DNA of 64,000 bases from the NCBI GenBank assembly GCA_002633005.1, contig NMRA01000522.1, positions 1-64,000 of the forward strand, in the 5' to 3' direction. How positions within the stretch are numbered: position 1 is the first letter of the stretch; every line of letters starts with the position of its first letter. Origin of the DNA: Phoronis australis (taxonomy: Eukaryota; Animalia; Phoronida). The notes below the pieces were generated by a model. It was not told the origin of the DNA. It saw only the letters and a program-made list of their open reading frames with translations, and did not search any database. Positions 1 through 13,559 of this stretch are shown piece after piece. The position numbers and the translations under genes are program-made.

Positions 1-1195
1 CACAGTCCCATACTGTTGTAGTTTGCTTTAAGTCATAACACAGAAGCTATTAGTCAATTGATATGGTTTATGAACTCGTGTATCTGCACACGTCATATTG
101 TAAATTGTTGAACACACTTCTCTTAAGAAGCTACACTACATCAAGTTATATGTACTATTCATGTTCATTTCATGAAACTGTCTTGAAAGGTATACACATT
201 TTAATTTGTAGAAGTCATCTCAGTTGTATTGTGTATTTATTTATGGGATGAGGGTTTGTGCATTCTATTTATTGTTTTGGATTAAAAATGCAATAAATAC
301 TGTATAAAGAAATCAATCATTGTCTTTGTATTTTACAAAGAAATATACTATTCCATTGTGCACTACCTGAGTGACCAGATGCAGTATAATTAAGCTGACA
401 TTGCTCAGCTTGTGGTGGTCATTATGCACATGGTGGCTGCAATTGACTTCACAGGTTCTGCAGAGTCATGTGGCTTAAAGACATCTGATTGGTCTGTTGG
501 TCGGACATTGTCATCGAAAACTAATCAGATATTTTAGCCGTTGACCCAACAGAAACAGCAAAATCAGACAAGTGTACCCAACATATTATTTCAAGTTGGC
601 ACTTCCTGTGACCGAGAGCCATACTGAACTATTTTTATTGACGTTGGAAGTGGCATGCATATTGCATTGAAATGTATTTGGATAATCATGCTGCCGGTAG
701 AGAGCTTGGCATGCAAAAAAGCTGACCCATAAAGGCTTATTGTGTTGAGGAATTGGGTGGCACACCACAGGGGGCCGGAGGGGGGCTATAGCCCCACATA
801 TTTCTGTGCTCCGCACCCATTGGATATGGGCGGCACACCATAGTGGGCTCATACATGTCAGAATCTTTAGTTGTATCCAACTAATCCCAATCTATCTCAA
901 CTTATCCTGCCAACGCCATGCCCTCTGTTGCCCTTCAACGTAGTTTAGTTGAAATTGGTTGTACCAACTAATCCCAAGTTATCTCCTGCCCGATTACCAC
1001 CACGCCCTCTGTCGTCCTTCAACATAGTTAAGATTAGTTGTACCATGGTGCCATCTGTTGAGTGTGGTTTGCCACACTACACCCTCTTATTTCCACCTTC
1101 ACCTCAAATGGCCTATTCAACTAATTCAACCAATTGTAGCGCCATCTGAAGTATTCAACTAATTCAACCAATTGTAGCGCCATCTGAAGTATTAC

Positions 1196-1612
1196 TAGCA
1201 TTGCATTTGTGCTAAGATATGTTGTCAAACGTTAACGGCTATCGTGTTGCCATCTGTTGTCAGAAGTTTACTTGAATCTACTCCAATTTATCCTCATCGT
1301 AGAGCAATCTTGGTGCTTTATGTACTTAAATTTTTCATAAACGTTTTTGCAAAGATGAAAAAGCATAACAAAGACTTGATTCGGCATTGACACAAATATT
1401 TTTTTGTATTCTTATATTTATCTAAACTAAACGTTTGTGCATAGCATTGCAATTGTGCTCATATATGTTGTCGAACGTTAACGGCTATTGAGTTGCCATC
1501 TGTTGTCAGAAGTTTACTTGAATCTACTCCAACTTTATCCTCATCGTAGAGCAATCTTGGTGCTTCGTGTACTTAAATTTTTCATAAATAAACGTTTTTG
1601 CAAAAATGAAAA
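1196..1612. repeat. Direct duplication of ~170 bp (1196-1365 / 1442-1612)
   Basis: tagcattgca.ttgtgct...gttaacggctat...cttgaatctactccaa...gtacttaaatttttcataaa occurs twice. Confidence 0.85.
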
Positions 1613-4600
1613 AACAACCAAAGTCAACAGATAGGCTAACTTAAGTATAACTAACCCGCCAACACAAGTATTCCACTCATGTGTTGCCCCGCCCAGATGT
1701 TTAACAGTCTTTTGTTTTTCCTTTAGTGAGTTACCCAAACTCTTCAGAGTACGAAAGGCACTTTAGTAGTCGGGATTTAGCTTTAGTCCTAAAAAGTCCA
1801 CCCATGCATACTGAGATACTCTATGAGTCTGCATATAGATTTCCTTGTGGCCACCAAAAGCTACTGAGAAGTCAAACACTCTCCTCTTGTAGCCAGATAG
1901 CTAGCTGTGGATCACAGACACGGGGACTCAGTCTACACTGTTACTGAACATTAAAACACATAGCTTTTATTCAGCTTTGCACAACGGTTTCTCCCATGGA
2001 GGCATTAGCAACATACACTGACAACTTGAACATTTAGACTACACACTGGCCTATTGAGGGCGCTATGAAGGAACATAGTTCTTTAATGAGTCCGACAGGG
2101 GAAATGATTTTCAGCAAAAGAACATCGCTCAGTAGCAAAAAGCAGTCTTTGGATGTCATTTACTTCCCTGTTTTCACAATACAATAAAAACAATCAATGG
2201 ATTTAGTTTAGGGCAAATCATATTTTTAAAAATTAGTAATTAAGGACGTAAGCGCAAAACTGTTACATCCATAAAACAAAGCGGTCTACATACTACTATT
2301 TTTGCTGATCCCATGGCGGAGTTGGACAAGAATGCGTCTTCTTTTAAAACTTTGTCCACGGGGAAAATTTCATCTGCATTTTCGCAATTAATGGAAGGTA
2401 TCAACAGTAGTTGGCCGTCTCCTGTGATTGCTCCCTCGCAAGAGACTGCAAAAGAGGAGAAACCTGTGCGAAGATATCGTCGAAGTAAGTGGTTGTTTGT
2501 CAACAAACTGTTGTAACCTCATGACCCTATTTACTTCCTGGAGAAGCAAAGTCAAAATTTAACTTCAAACTGGTACTCACTAAATTAATGCTCGTGGATC
2601 ATGGATATTTCTTTAGCATGCGTGAGGTTGACTAAATAATCCAGAGACACTTGAGACCATGGAACTTTAATTATTTCGATCTGGTCATGATAAATGATGA
2701 ACAGCACCTGCAGTACACAACATCTACTCAATTGGCCCCAGACTCAGCAGCAAGTAAGCAATTACATCGCTGTGCGCGCTACAGGCATACACAGGCGATA
2801 TTGCACCCCTGTAAAAAGCTGCTCATTTCGAAATGCTGTGGATAAATTTGAATGAAACGTGCATATCAGGGCTCGACATAACGAGCTGCAGGTCGCATTT
2901 GCGACCTGGAATTTGGAAATGCGAGCTGAGATATTTGTCAGCTCGTATCAAGTCGCAAAATGCGACCTGGAATTTCTAACGAATGCGAGCTGAGTTTTTA
3001 CACTTCTCAACAGATACCTGGCAAATACAAAGCAGCTCTTGTTAATCCGACCGTTATTTGGTTGTTGCCAAATCCAAGTTCAGAAGAACACTAACCGAGA
3101 ACAGCCCTCCCGATGACTTGTAAGCAAGTCGCGTGAACATGCGATATGCAGAATCGATCTTTGACGCGTTTCATTGGCTAACACTTTCGGTCACTTAAGT
3201 AAATTCCCGGATTCGCCGAAGAAAGTTTCGGGCCACAGCTTAACACGTGATAAAACTTCACAAAACAACGGTGTTTCTACTAATTCTTAAGCGACCAACT
3301 TACCAAACTTTGTGGCAGACAAAAATGTTTATTTTTCACATAAGATGTCCTTATTACATGAACCAAATATCCACAACAATATCCCTGATATCGCACTGCG
3401 ACACCGCCGCGCGCAAGCGGTCCCGGCAGACAATCGTGACTTAGACTGAGATGTGCTTCTCCTTTTTATCGTATTAAGACAACCAAAGTGAAAATGTCAA
3501 CCTTATTAATCGCCAAACGACGGTCACGTCTTTACTTTTAGTTGCCAAGAAATTCTCAAACCCTTTACTTGTTTCTGAGGCTACGTGCGCGAAATATGAT
3601 TTGTCTTTCACACGTTGTTGCCAACGTAAAGTGTAGGCCTACTCCAGTGATTCAAGTGCGTGAACTCATGCGTGCGCACCAATTCAAAGAACAGCGACAG
3701 TCCTAAATGAAAGCTCTGGCTCTCGTTTATTTGAAAATGAACTCAAATTCCCAGCGGTTATAAAAGACCCGATGTCCAGGACCGATATAACCCAGAACTG
3801 ACGTTTTCCTGTTCCTATGTTTCCCGAGGTCGATGTTCTGTAAACCCTGTATTCTACTGTATACCCGTAGCCAGCTATTGCAACTAAACTGGCACTAGTT
3901 GCGAAACTGTGGTTCAAGTTAGCGAACTTTTCATTCTTCTCTTTATACATCCCCCCTCCCCGGCAACTTTTCGTTCCCCGAACTACCGTCGCCGTAAAAT
4001 GTTCAGACTCCTATAGAAACAACCTTGTTCCGGCTGAAGCGGGCAGTTAAAAACAAAATCATTCCGGGTGGCTAAAAAGGGTAAAATGTAGGTGGTAACG
4101 ATATCCAGAAAGTCACCTCTACTAGATGGAGTTTGCCTCGCATAATCGTATTATTATAACGTTTCTTACCATTGCAGCGTTTTCATACCTTATTACCGCA
4201 AACACTGAGCTTAACGACTATGCTCACACACAAGCCTACTCCCTACCTTTAAAGTGTTTCATAATAAGCGCTCACTGATCTATTAAAAGTCCCCCCTTAA
4301 ATTTTGAGAATTTCCAATTAAGCGCCCACAGTTCAAGCTAGCGCCCATCATAGCGCACTACAAACGACCACGTGTGGTTTAAGATTGACACGCAGCTTAT
4401 ATGGTGTGTCACTTTCATTTTACACAACTTCAGTTTTCAAAAACGTCTTTTCACAATATGTAAAACCCAAATCCCGGCTTTGTTTTATACCTCGGAAAGA
4501 AAGTTAACACTAGTGACATGCGTGTCGTTTTGTGACTGACCAATTTTTCCCGTACTTGGAAGGTATTGAGGAGCAAACTCGTCATTACCTGAGTTAGTTT

Positions 4601-6424
4601 GAATCGTTAACGACTTTNGATCTTATTTCCTCTTCTGTGCGGTCCCGGGACATCTGGCATTGAAGTTTCCAGCGTTCATCTGCTTACGAACGTCAAACAA
4701 AGACCCAGACATGTTGGTATTCATAATATGATAACAAACAGTGAGTGAGTGGCTTGGGCTTTTTTAAAATGTATCTTAAAAACATCATATTTCACTAATC
4801 CACTGTTTTGTGCATTTTTGGGTTATATTTTCGAAAATATCCATCGTTCAGATTTACTCAAACACGCGCTCCAGGGGTAGCTTGAACAATGTATCAAAAT
4901 GTCCCAGGGTCGATCAAGCTTTGTAAGGCCAAAGCAATAAAATACAGAGAGATAATTGCAGATGCTGGGTTCTTAGCATTTTACGTGAACAACCTCTTTG
5001 AAAACATCTGTGCACATCAAAGTTGGGTGCAAAACATAACAATTTATTTCAATTGAAACTGAATTAATAAACAATGCAATGTATTTTTATGTCATCTAGA
5101 GTAACTGTAAGCACTGTAGTTGATTTGTGTGGTCTTATACTTCGTGTATTTCCGTCTAAACGAAACGGTCTCAACTTTAGGGCCTCATTCAAAATGGCCA
5201 GCGATATCAGCGACTGTTTCAAAACTCTGCTTACGGAGACAAACAAGGATTAAGATTGTCAAAACACGTATATTTGAGAAGGCTGATATATATCCATGAC
5301 ATCACATGAGCAGTTGGTAACGGACATTGGGTAGTATGACAATCAGCTGCTTATTATGCTTAATATTCACGACTTAAGGTCACGGGTGTGTATAGCCCCC
5401 CGGCTGGCTATAGATAGAGGGCCTACAATTATACTAATTACTCCCATTGCTGTAGTGGGGCGTAGACACACGTAGGTGCAGCCAACCACCTTTTGGCATT
5501 TGAACATAGCGCCTACGCACTGTAAGTTATGCTCAGTGTTCAAGATGATACGGGGGGGGGGCTCTGGGTGCCTATTTACCTCTAATTTTACCACTACAGC
5601 ACATACTGATTACTTCCCACCATTTTTTGTACTAGTTTCATCCCATGTACTTTAAAAGGGCGGTAGCCCAAATCTGCTCACTGAATAAGAGATTTTCACC
5701 CCGTCAAAAATACATTTTACACTTCAAATTACCGCTTACTTACTTCAGCGATCCTTTCTGGTTCTATACATATCTGGTGCGATAACCACAAAGTATTTCA
5801 ACGGATGTCACATGAGTTAGGCAAGCTATAGACAAGCGCGAGACTAAGCGAACCGCGTGTCCTGGCATGTGACACTTGCAAAAAATGGCATGGGAAGATA
5901 TCAGGTGGAATTTGTAAGATTTGTGTTCCTTGGACTTTTTGTTCATCAACACATGTGATTTCAAGTAACTTCCTCAAAATGGCACCCAGTGAGAGAAACT
6001 CGAGCGAACCACGACAGATTTTCATGGATATGTTCCAGTTTCTGCCTCGAGTTCTAAATATTTGTAGAGACAGAAATAATAGTTGAGACTGGAAATTTTC
6101 ACGATTTCTAATAATAGTTGAGACAGGGATATTAGTATAGACCGGATGTTTTGTTCACTAGAAAAGTAGAATAATAGTATAGACCGGAAATTTACAGAAA
6201 ATTTAATACCCAGTATTAGTGTAGAATGGAATAATGGTACAGACGGCAAATTTGTTGAAATTTAGAAATAGCATAGACTGGAATAAAAATCTTGATTACA
6301 GATTTGCTTAAAATCTAGTAATGATATAGATGGGAATAATAGTACAAAGCAGCAAATTCTGGGGAAGAGTGGCCGTATAAACGGCAAATTTGTGGAAATT
6401 GAAAAATAGTATAAACTGGAATAA

Positions 6425-7130
6425 ATGAAGAAAGCAACAATGTGGGATTAAAGATACACAAGGACAAGACAAAGTACATGACAAATTTGGAAAGAGATGA
6501 ACAATTAATGGTGGAGAACAAGATCATTGAAAAAGTCACACAATATAAATACCTGGGGCAATATACAAATGGGGAACCGTATGACCAATGAAATACAAAT
6601 CCGAATAAGAGCTGGATGAAGTTGCTTTGGAAAAAACAGAGAAATATTCCAAGATAAGAACATACCCATATCCCTGAAAAGAAAAGTATTTGACCAGTGC
6701 ATCATCCCCACAATCACCTATGGATGCCAAACATGGACCTTAACAAAACAGACAATTGCCAAGCTAAGAACAACACAGAGAGCAATGGAGAGAAAAATGC
6801 TTGGAATAAAGTTACTAGACAGGATTCCACACACAGAGATAAGAGAACAAACAAGAGTCATGGACATAATCAAGACAATTCTGAAATTGAAATGGAGGTG
6901 GCTAGAGCACAGGACAACAGATGGACAAAAAGATGTACAGAGTGGCAACCCTGATATGGAAAGAGATCAAGAGGACGGCCCCAAGCCAGATCGAGAGATG
7001 ACATCATGAAAACGATAGGCACAACATGGATGAGAGCAGCAAGAGACAGAACAAGTTGGAAGGCATTGTTGGAGGGCTACTTCCTGCAGTGGATAGACAA
7101 CACCTAGATGACACGAGATGAGATGATGAG
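6425..7130 (+). mobile_element. 5'-truncated, decayed RTE-clade LINE (end of RT/thumb region and C-terminus of the ORF)
   Basis: Broken translation: GLKIHKDKTKYM..KYLG..RIRAG..LKRKVFDQCIIPTITYGCQTW..QRAMERKMLG..LKWRW..DNRWTKRCTEWQP..RSRGRP. GATGA-type tail. Candidate 14-bp TSD ATAAACTGGAATAA (6411-6424) / ATAGACTGGAATAA (7131-7144). Confidence 0.9.
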
Positions 7131-7284
7131 ATAGACTGGAATAATGATATTGTGTGAAAGCTAATAATGATGTAGATGGGAATAATAGTGCAAAGCAGCA
7201 AATTCAGTCTTACTTAGCACCATTTTAAACAATTTTTTCAAAGAAAAACCTTTAAAATGAACATTAGCATAGTTAAATTATAAA

Positions 7285-8510
7285 AAATAAATTTCGCCAA
7301 GTATGTTGCTCTGTCGATAAGTTATTTTTTTGTGTTTCTTCGCACGATACAGGTTGTAATTTTCGTCCGATCCTCACGAAATTTACACATAACACGTAGT
7401 TTCGGAAGTACTGGAAGCCTATTGTTTTTCGTCATAATCGGATCCAAGATGGCGGCTGTGGTGGCCATTTTGTTTTCATTTAAAGGTTCAAATGCTTCTG
7501 GAGGCTACAATTTTTTATGTGCAAGGCTAAGAATCAGCATAGTAAATGGACCGGAAGTGTGCTACAAGTCTACTGGAAATTGTTTACTTCTGGTTAAAGA
7601 TGGCGGAAATATCGGCGATCGCGCATGCGCACCTCCATTTTGGCCTAAAAACGATTTCTCCTGTAGATGGCGCATTATTGGGCCAATTCCTTAGAATTTT
7701 TGCAGGTATTAGTTTCTTATGACATGTTGTTATACAGAGCTAAAAAACCGGAAGTTGCTTTCAAGATGGCGGATATGGAGCATATTGACCCATTTTCAGT
7801 CGTGCTTGAGTGCCATTTTGAACGGGAAGAGAAAAAGACGTGATTTTTTGCATGTGGATTTTCTGAGGTATACTCTTTCAAATGAACTGAAACAATTTTT
7901 CTGTCAGACTTACCGTTTTTGAGTTATTTGACTTTGAATTTCTTTAAAAAAAACGCAAAATATCATTTTTTTGAAAAATTTGCGGAATTGTCTGATACTA
8001 TCAATTTAGATAGAGTTTTAAACAGGCTTTCAGAAGATGTTTTCCATTTTTCGCTAGGACGTCTACTTTTCAAGTTATTTGAGATTTTCTGATAACGCTG
8101 TTCCTTTGTTTAGCGTTCTTGCTGCATTGATGTTAGTTTAGCTTCTATTGAACTAGACTGTAGCCTATTATTGATTTATTACATCCAAGATCATCATTTG
8201 AATGTTATGATGTGGTTCATCATCGCCACCACCATCATCGTATTCGTCATCTTCGTCATCATCTTCGACTTTGTCTTTTCTTCAGTTAATTTCGCCACGT
8301 GTTGTTCAAGACTGTAGCCTATTTCTTAGATATTTCTGACCTCTACGTTCGTCATATAAATGATATCATAACTTGTGCATTGTCCATCATCGCCACCATC
8401 GTCGTCATAGCTGTCATCTTCGTCATCAACTCTGTCGTCGTCTTTTCTGGTCATTTCTAACATGTTTTTTTGATTAATTCCGCCACGTTTCGCTCCTCGG
8501 AGCGCTTTCA
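7285..8510 (+). mobile_element. Helentron/DINE-1-like non-autonomous element, family A (5' end eroded)
   Basis: Homologous to 18010-19830. The 3' subterminal repeat TTCCGCCACGT is followed by the hairpin CGCTCC-TC-GGAGCG (8491-8504). (CAT)-rich tract before the 3' end. Confidence 0.7.
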
Positions 8511-10535
8511 TTGATTCATTGGTCAGTTTTTGTAATGGTCATGAGTTTCCCTGCTCGACATCTAGAATCATTGTTTCTTAAAACCTTTTTGTCAACAGAT
8601 TTTATAACTTCTCAAAGTTCATGTATGTAGCATTTTTTATGAGTTTGAGAAACTTTTTTATTTTTTCTCCAAGTTCAGACTGAAAACTTTATTCATAAAA
8701 AAATGATTATTAATAATCATTTTTATTAATTCTAGTATTATTAAAAATATGTGTCTAGTTATGAATCGAAATACTTTTAAAGCCCATAAAGTGCCCCATT
8801 TTGGAGGTCAAATTCAAATGGAAATATAAACACAGTTGAAAATCTGATCACAGAAACAATCGTTCAACTTCATTTTGTTCTCAGAACAGTTGTGTAAGCT
8901 TTTAAATGTTAGGTTGTTTTATTATAAAAAAACTCTTAAAAGATTCCACCTAGTTAAGCCAAATGTAACAAACAATTTTCAATCATAGCTAGCCCAAATG
9001 TTTATTAGTTCAACAGGAAATTCAGGGAGACCATTTTATTCATATATACAGCTGGACTTGTCGCAATGCCGTTCGCGGGGGAGGCGTGCAACTGACATGG
9101 CTCATGCCTGACTCAGCTGACAAGTCTTACACCACCAGTCTTACAACTTTTCATTGGGTAAGGAGGTATACATACAATACGTTTGTTGATACTAATGACA
9201 ATTTATATACTTAAGAGTTCGATTATTTAAGCTTTGAAACGCACAGTTTTATATTTTAGCGAATTCTTTTTAATGTGTATGTTATGACATATGACTTCCG
9301 TGTGTAACATGGAGTTGTATATAGCCTTTCTAAATTAGAATTTTTAAGCTGAGTGTCTTCTGGTCTTGATGTTTGGGCTGATTACTCTTAATCTTGCAGC
9401 CAGGGTTCATTACCCCTAGTCACCAATAAAGTTTTGTGTAACAAAATTGCATTCAAGAAAATGAATGTGAAATAGCCTACTTTGAATATTAGCTTGGCCA
9501 AATAATCGTGGAGAGTGGCAAAAGCATCGAAAATTCATAAATGTAGAGACCCGAATAAGCTTCGTATAGACTGGAAACGAGTCGGAAATAAATAATATGT
9601 TGACTAAATTGTCTCCATAGTCGTGGTGTTCGTTACTTATAACTCCATGTGTGTACATATGCATGTTTCATTTGATTTTATTTGCTATATTTTGAGATGA
9701 GTGTCAGAATAAAATATTGATTAAGTAATTTGTAAGAATAGATACATTTTAAGTTGCCCAAAATTTGTGCTCACTTTTAAGTCATGGGGTCAAACTTGTT
9801 GACATGTACTTTAACGTCAAAATCTATTTTTAGATGGTGTTTACAACTTTGGGTTCTGGGTTCAAAGCACTCTAGAGATTCTAGAAATTTCTGAGAATAA
9901 ATCGTAACAGCCAATGATATGATTAGATAAGATGATGTGGTTTTTATTAGCCAATCACTAAATAAGTACAATATAATAATCTGGGCTACAATCAAGAAGA
10001 TATTCAGATGCGCTATAGTAGTTGAAGCATAAAGACTTGCTACAAGGCGCGCATTTCATTCAGTTACTGAAACGTATCGAAATTGTACGACAGAACCTTC
10101 TCGTGGAAGATTCTAGAGAGGATCTTGGCAAGGGCAAGGGTTAACGAACAGGAAGTTAACTAAGAGCTTGTCACTTGTATCGTGGGTAGTAAGATACATG
10201 TACTGCCTGAAGTTTTGCATCACCAGAGACTATGAGCAGCAAGAAAAATCGTGGGTAGAAGAAACTGCCTGCAAGTGTTGCGTCACCAGAGACTGACCAG
10301 CAAGTGCACTGTCATAATACAGTGTGTGTAGTTCGAAGATTCACCAACAGGACAGTCATCCAACAAGTGGATAGCAGATAAGACATTATTTGATTATTTT
10401 GATTGATTGATTCAAGTAATCTTCAAAGAGGGCGTTACTCTTCTTTGTAGTTGATTACATAATTAACAACAGGTTTCACATTTAGTGTAATCATATAATA
10501 AATTATATACTGGATTTAATCATTCTCTCTCCGTC

Positions 10536-10685
10536 NNNNNNNNNNNNNNNNNNNNNNNNNNNNNNNNNNNNNNNNNNNNNNNNNNNNNNNNNNNNNNNNN
10601 NNNNNNNNNNNNNNNNNNNNNNNNNNNNNNNNNNNNNNNNNNNNNNNNNNNNNNNNNNNNNNNNNNNNNNNNNNNNNNNNNNNNN
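10536..10685. other. Assembly gap (150 N); other gaps at 22344-22505 and 26106-26120, single Ns at 4618 and 30583
   Basis: N runs seen directly. Confidence 1.
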
Positions 10686-12434
10686 AGCTGAGTCAGCGAC
10701 CAACCCATCCGGTGCATCCACACATGTTTTGATGATCTCTGTAGTAAACAAGATTGCGTAATGGTCATTCACAGAAACATTGCCTAAAGACAGCTGACCA
10801 TTACCATATATGGCAAACACAACAGAGTAGTTCAGATGATTGTTGTGAAAGTTTTTAGAGTTGCTTCCTGTTATTTTCCTGTAGAATATTGAATCATAAA
10901 GTTTGGTGCATGCAACCCACATATTTGTGACTTGTACATAAATCCGTTCACTTGTCTAATAAAGACAGTCCTCATCTTGCTACTGCCAGTTGCTTTACTA
11001 GTGTAATTGAGTGTTCCACACTTAGTTACTGAATACAACCATCTCACTGACAGACCGAGACTGTCCACAACACAACGCTGCTACTAAGTCGAGTTATTCT
11101 CCACTATTTTACTACAACTTCTGATTCTCAATCAACAAAATGACCTGACTTAACAAGCAAGTCTGTAAACTCGAGTACACCCGATTGTTAGACACATCCT
11201 GATAAGTATGTTTATATCATTTGATCACTTAGTTAACTATCAACTTTATAGCAACAATGTCATAGTTGAATCTCTTTATACTGAAATACCTGTGAGGATA
11301 GATGTCCATGGCTACCATAAGAGGGTTTTCAGATTTTTCACACTCGCAGTCTTACAAATACTATATGGTGTCCCGGCCAGTGCTGGCCTGGTCTGTCTTC
11401 ATTGGTTGTCCTCGGAGGTAGCACCTCTCAGCCCTCAGTACAGTTTACCGTCTTGTTCTAAAAACTTGTTTTTTGTATGGAGAATATGCGAGGCTCGCAA
11501 TAAAGGCTGCTTCATTCACTTTATCATAAGGGCAATATACATGCCAACTGGTGAAAATGCAGGAGTTTTAGACTTGTGAGGTTGTGGGTTTTATTTTCTG
11601 TTTTAAGTAGAAAAAAGTTGTTTTTTTTTCAACAAACAAACAAAATCTCAAAGGTACAAGTTTGATAAATTAGATATCTTTGCAGTGAATTTTCTGGGAG
11701 TGTCTCCGTCCGCAGTCACCATCTGGTTATATTCTTCTCTTAAGATGGAATTAGACGGCATAAAAACCAAATGAAGAAGCTATCAAGAGCTTTTATAAAA
11801 CTGCAATTCACCAGATGTTAATTCTGATGCGTGTCACCTGGTGACTAACCAGGAGGACTAGTGTCTGAAAATTAATACATTATTGCATGAAAATGATGGA
11901 AATTATGTTGTTGTACAAGCACCTTCTACAGCTCCCCCTTTTGTTTGATACAGCTAGTGTGATATGGATGTACATGTGATGCAGTTACAACAAATATGAT
12001 CATCAAATGTTGAATACAACCAGTTGCCAAAGAAGGTACATCCTCCAAAATGATATTTGACTATAGCATGCAGCTAAACAATTAAGATACCCACCCTTTT
12101 GCATGAATCAGTAAAATGGATCTTTTTGTAGAATGTCACGCTTCTATAAAAACACAATTACCAGTTTGGTGTTAAAAAATTGCCTTTCAGACGGGATACA
12201 TGATAAGAAAAGATATGGGGTTAAAGATTTAGTTTTGAAAAAAGCATCATATAAGAAATACACAATTTGACAGGTAACAAACTCGTATCACAATTGAGAT
12301 GATGCATTTCGCTAGATTGAGATCGTGTTTTGTGTAGGTTTTTTGAAATAAATGTAGTTGATATCAATGTAGACAAATTATCTCCTTTTCAGAAAATTCA
12401 ACTTTGCTGCCTTAACCATGAATTAAGTCACATA

Positions 12435-12858
12435 TAATGTCTACACTTGTGTTCATCTCTATTCTCATGTTCAGCATAATGTTTACACTTGTGTTCATGC
12501 CTTTTCTCATGTTCAGTATGATGTCTACACCTGTGTTCATGTCTATTCGCATGTTTAGTATGATGTCTACACTTGTTTTCATGTCTATTCTCATGTTTAG
12601 TATAATGTCTACACTTGTGTTCATGACTATTTTCATGTTCAGCATAATATCTACACTTGCGTTCATGTCTATTCTCATGTTTAGTATGATGTCTACACTT
12701 GTGTTCATGTTTATCTCATGTTTAGTATGATGTCTACACTGTGTTTATGTCTATTCTCATGTTTAGTATAATGTCTACACCTGTGTTCATGTCCATTCTA
12801 ATGTTTAATATGATGTCTACACTTGTGTTCATGTCTATTCATATGTTAAGTATGATGT
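12435..12858. repeat. Minisatellite, 42-bp unit, ~10 copies
   Basis: Unit atgtctacacttgtgttcatgtctattctcatgtttagtatg. Confidence 0.95.
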
Positions 12859-13014
12859 CATTATGAAATGGGATGTTGAACAGTATTATTTTAAATGGTC
12901 ATTAACACACATTCCATCACAAAAGCAACTTTTGATTTTGACCATTTACCTTTATGAGATTGGTTTCAAAATTTCCCTTAGTAAAAGTGCTTTAAAAGAA
13001 CAGAAAGTTCATTG

Positions 13015-13417
13015 TTGGTTGAGACACAGCTCTACAAGTTGGTTGAGACAAGGCTCTATAGGTTGGTTGAGACAAGGCTCTTCAAGGTGGTTGAGACAAG
13101 GCTCTACAAGTTGTGTTGAGACAAGGCTCTACAAGTTGTGTTGAGACAAGGCTCTGCAAGTTGTGTTGAGACAAGGCTCTGCAAGTTGTGTTGAGACAAG
13201 GCTCTGCAAGTTGTGTTGAGACAAGGCTCTACAAGTAGGTTGAGACAAGGCTCTACAAGTTGGTTGAGAAAAGGCTCTACAAGTTGTTGTGTTGAGACAA
13301 GGCTCTGCAAGTTGTGTTGAGACAAGGCTCTGCAAGTTGTGTTGAGACAAGGTTCTACAAGTTGTGTTGAGACAAGGCTCTACAATTTGGTTGAGACAAG
13401 GCTCTACAAGTTGGTTG
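13015..13417. repeat. Minisatellite, 24-25-bp unit, ~16 copies
   Basis: Unit gttgagacaaggctct(a/g)caagttg(t). Confidence 0.95.
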
Positions 13418-13559
13418 CTTATGAGAAGTTAGTTTATACCTGAACATGATCTCAAAAAAACACAGAAACATGTTGAGACCAGTTTTATAGTGATAAATTG
13501 TCTTAATCAAAAGTGTGCTTCTTGGATGGAATGTGGGTTTCTAGGTACTTTAAAGCTGT

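Noticed and set aside
2867-2990. hAT-like terminus CAGGGCTCGAC with GGTCGCA/TGCGACC subterminal repeats
   Set aside because: No matching opposite TIR or 8-bp TSD found, so element limits cannot be supported.
7332-7694. 120-aa ORF (and similar ORFs at 17980-19588)
   Set aside because: Lies inside family A repeat copies, and the frames are not conserved between copies.
12412-13417. Repetitive ORFs, and regularly spaced repeats resembling a CRISPR array
   Set aside because: Head-to-tail 42-bp and 24-25-bp minisatellites with no unique spacers, in a eukaryotic context with no cas genes.
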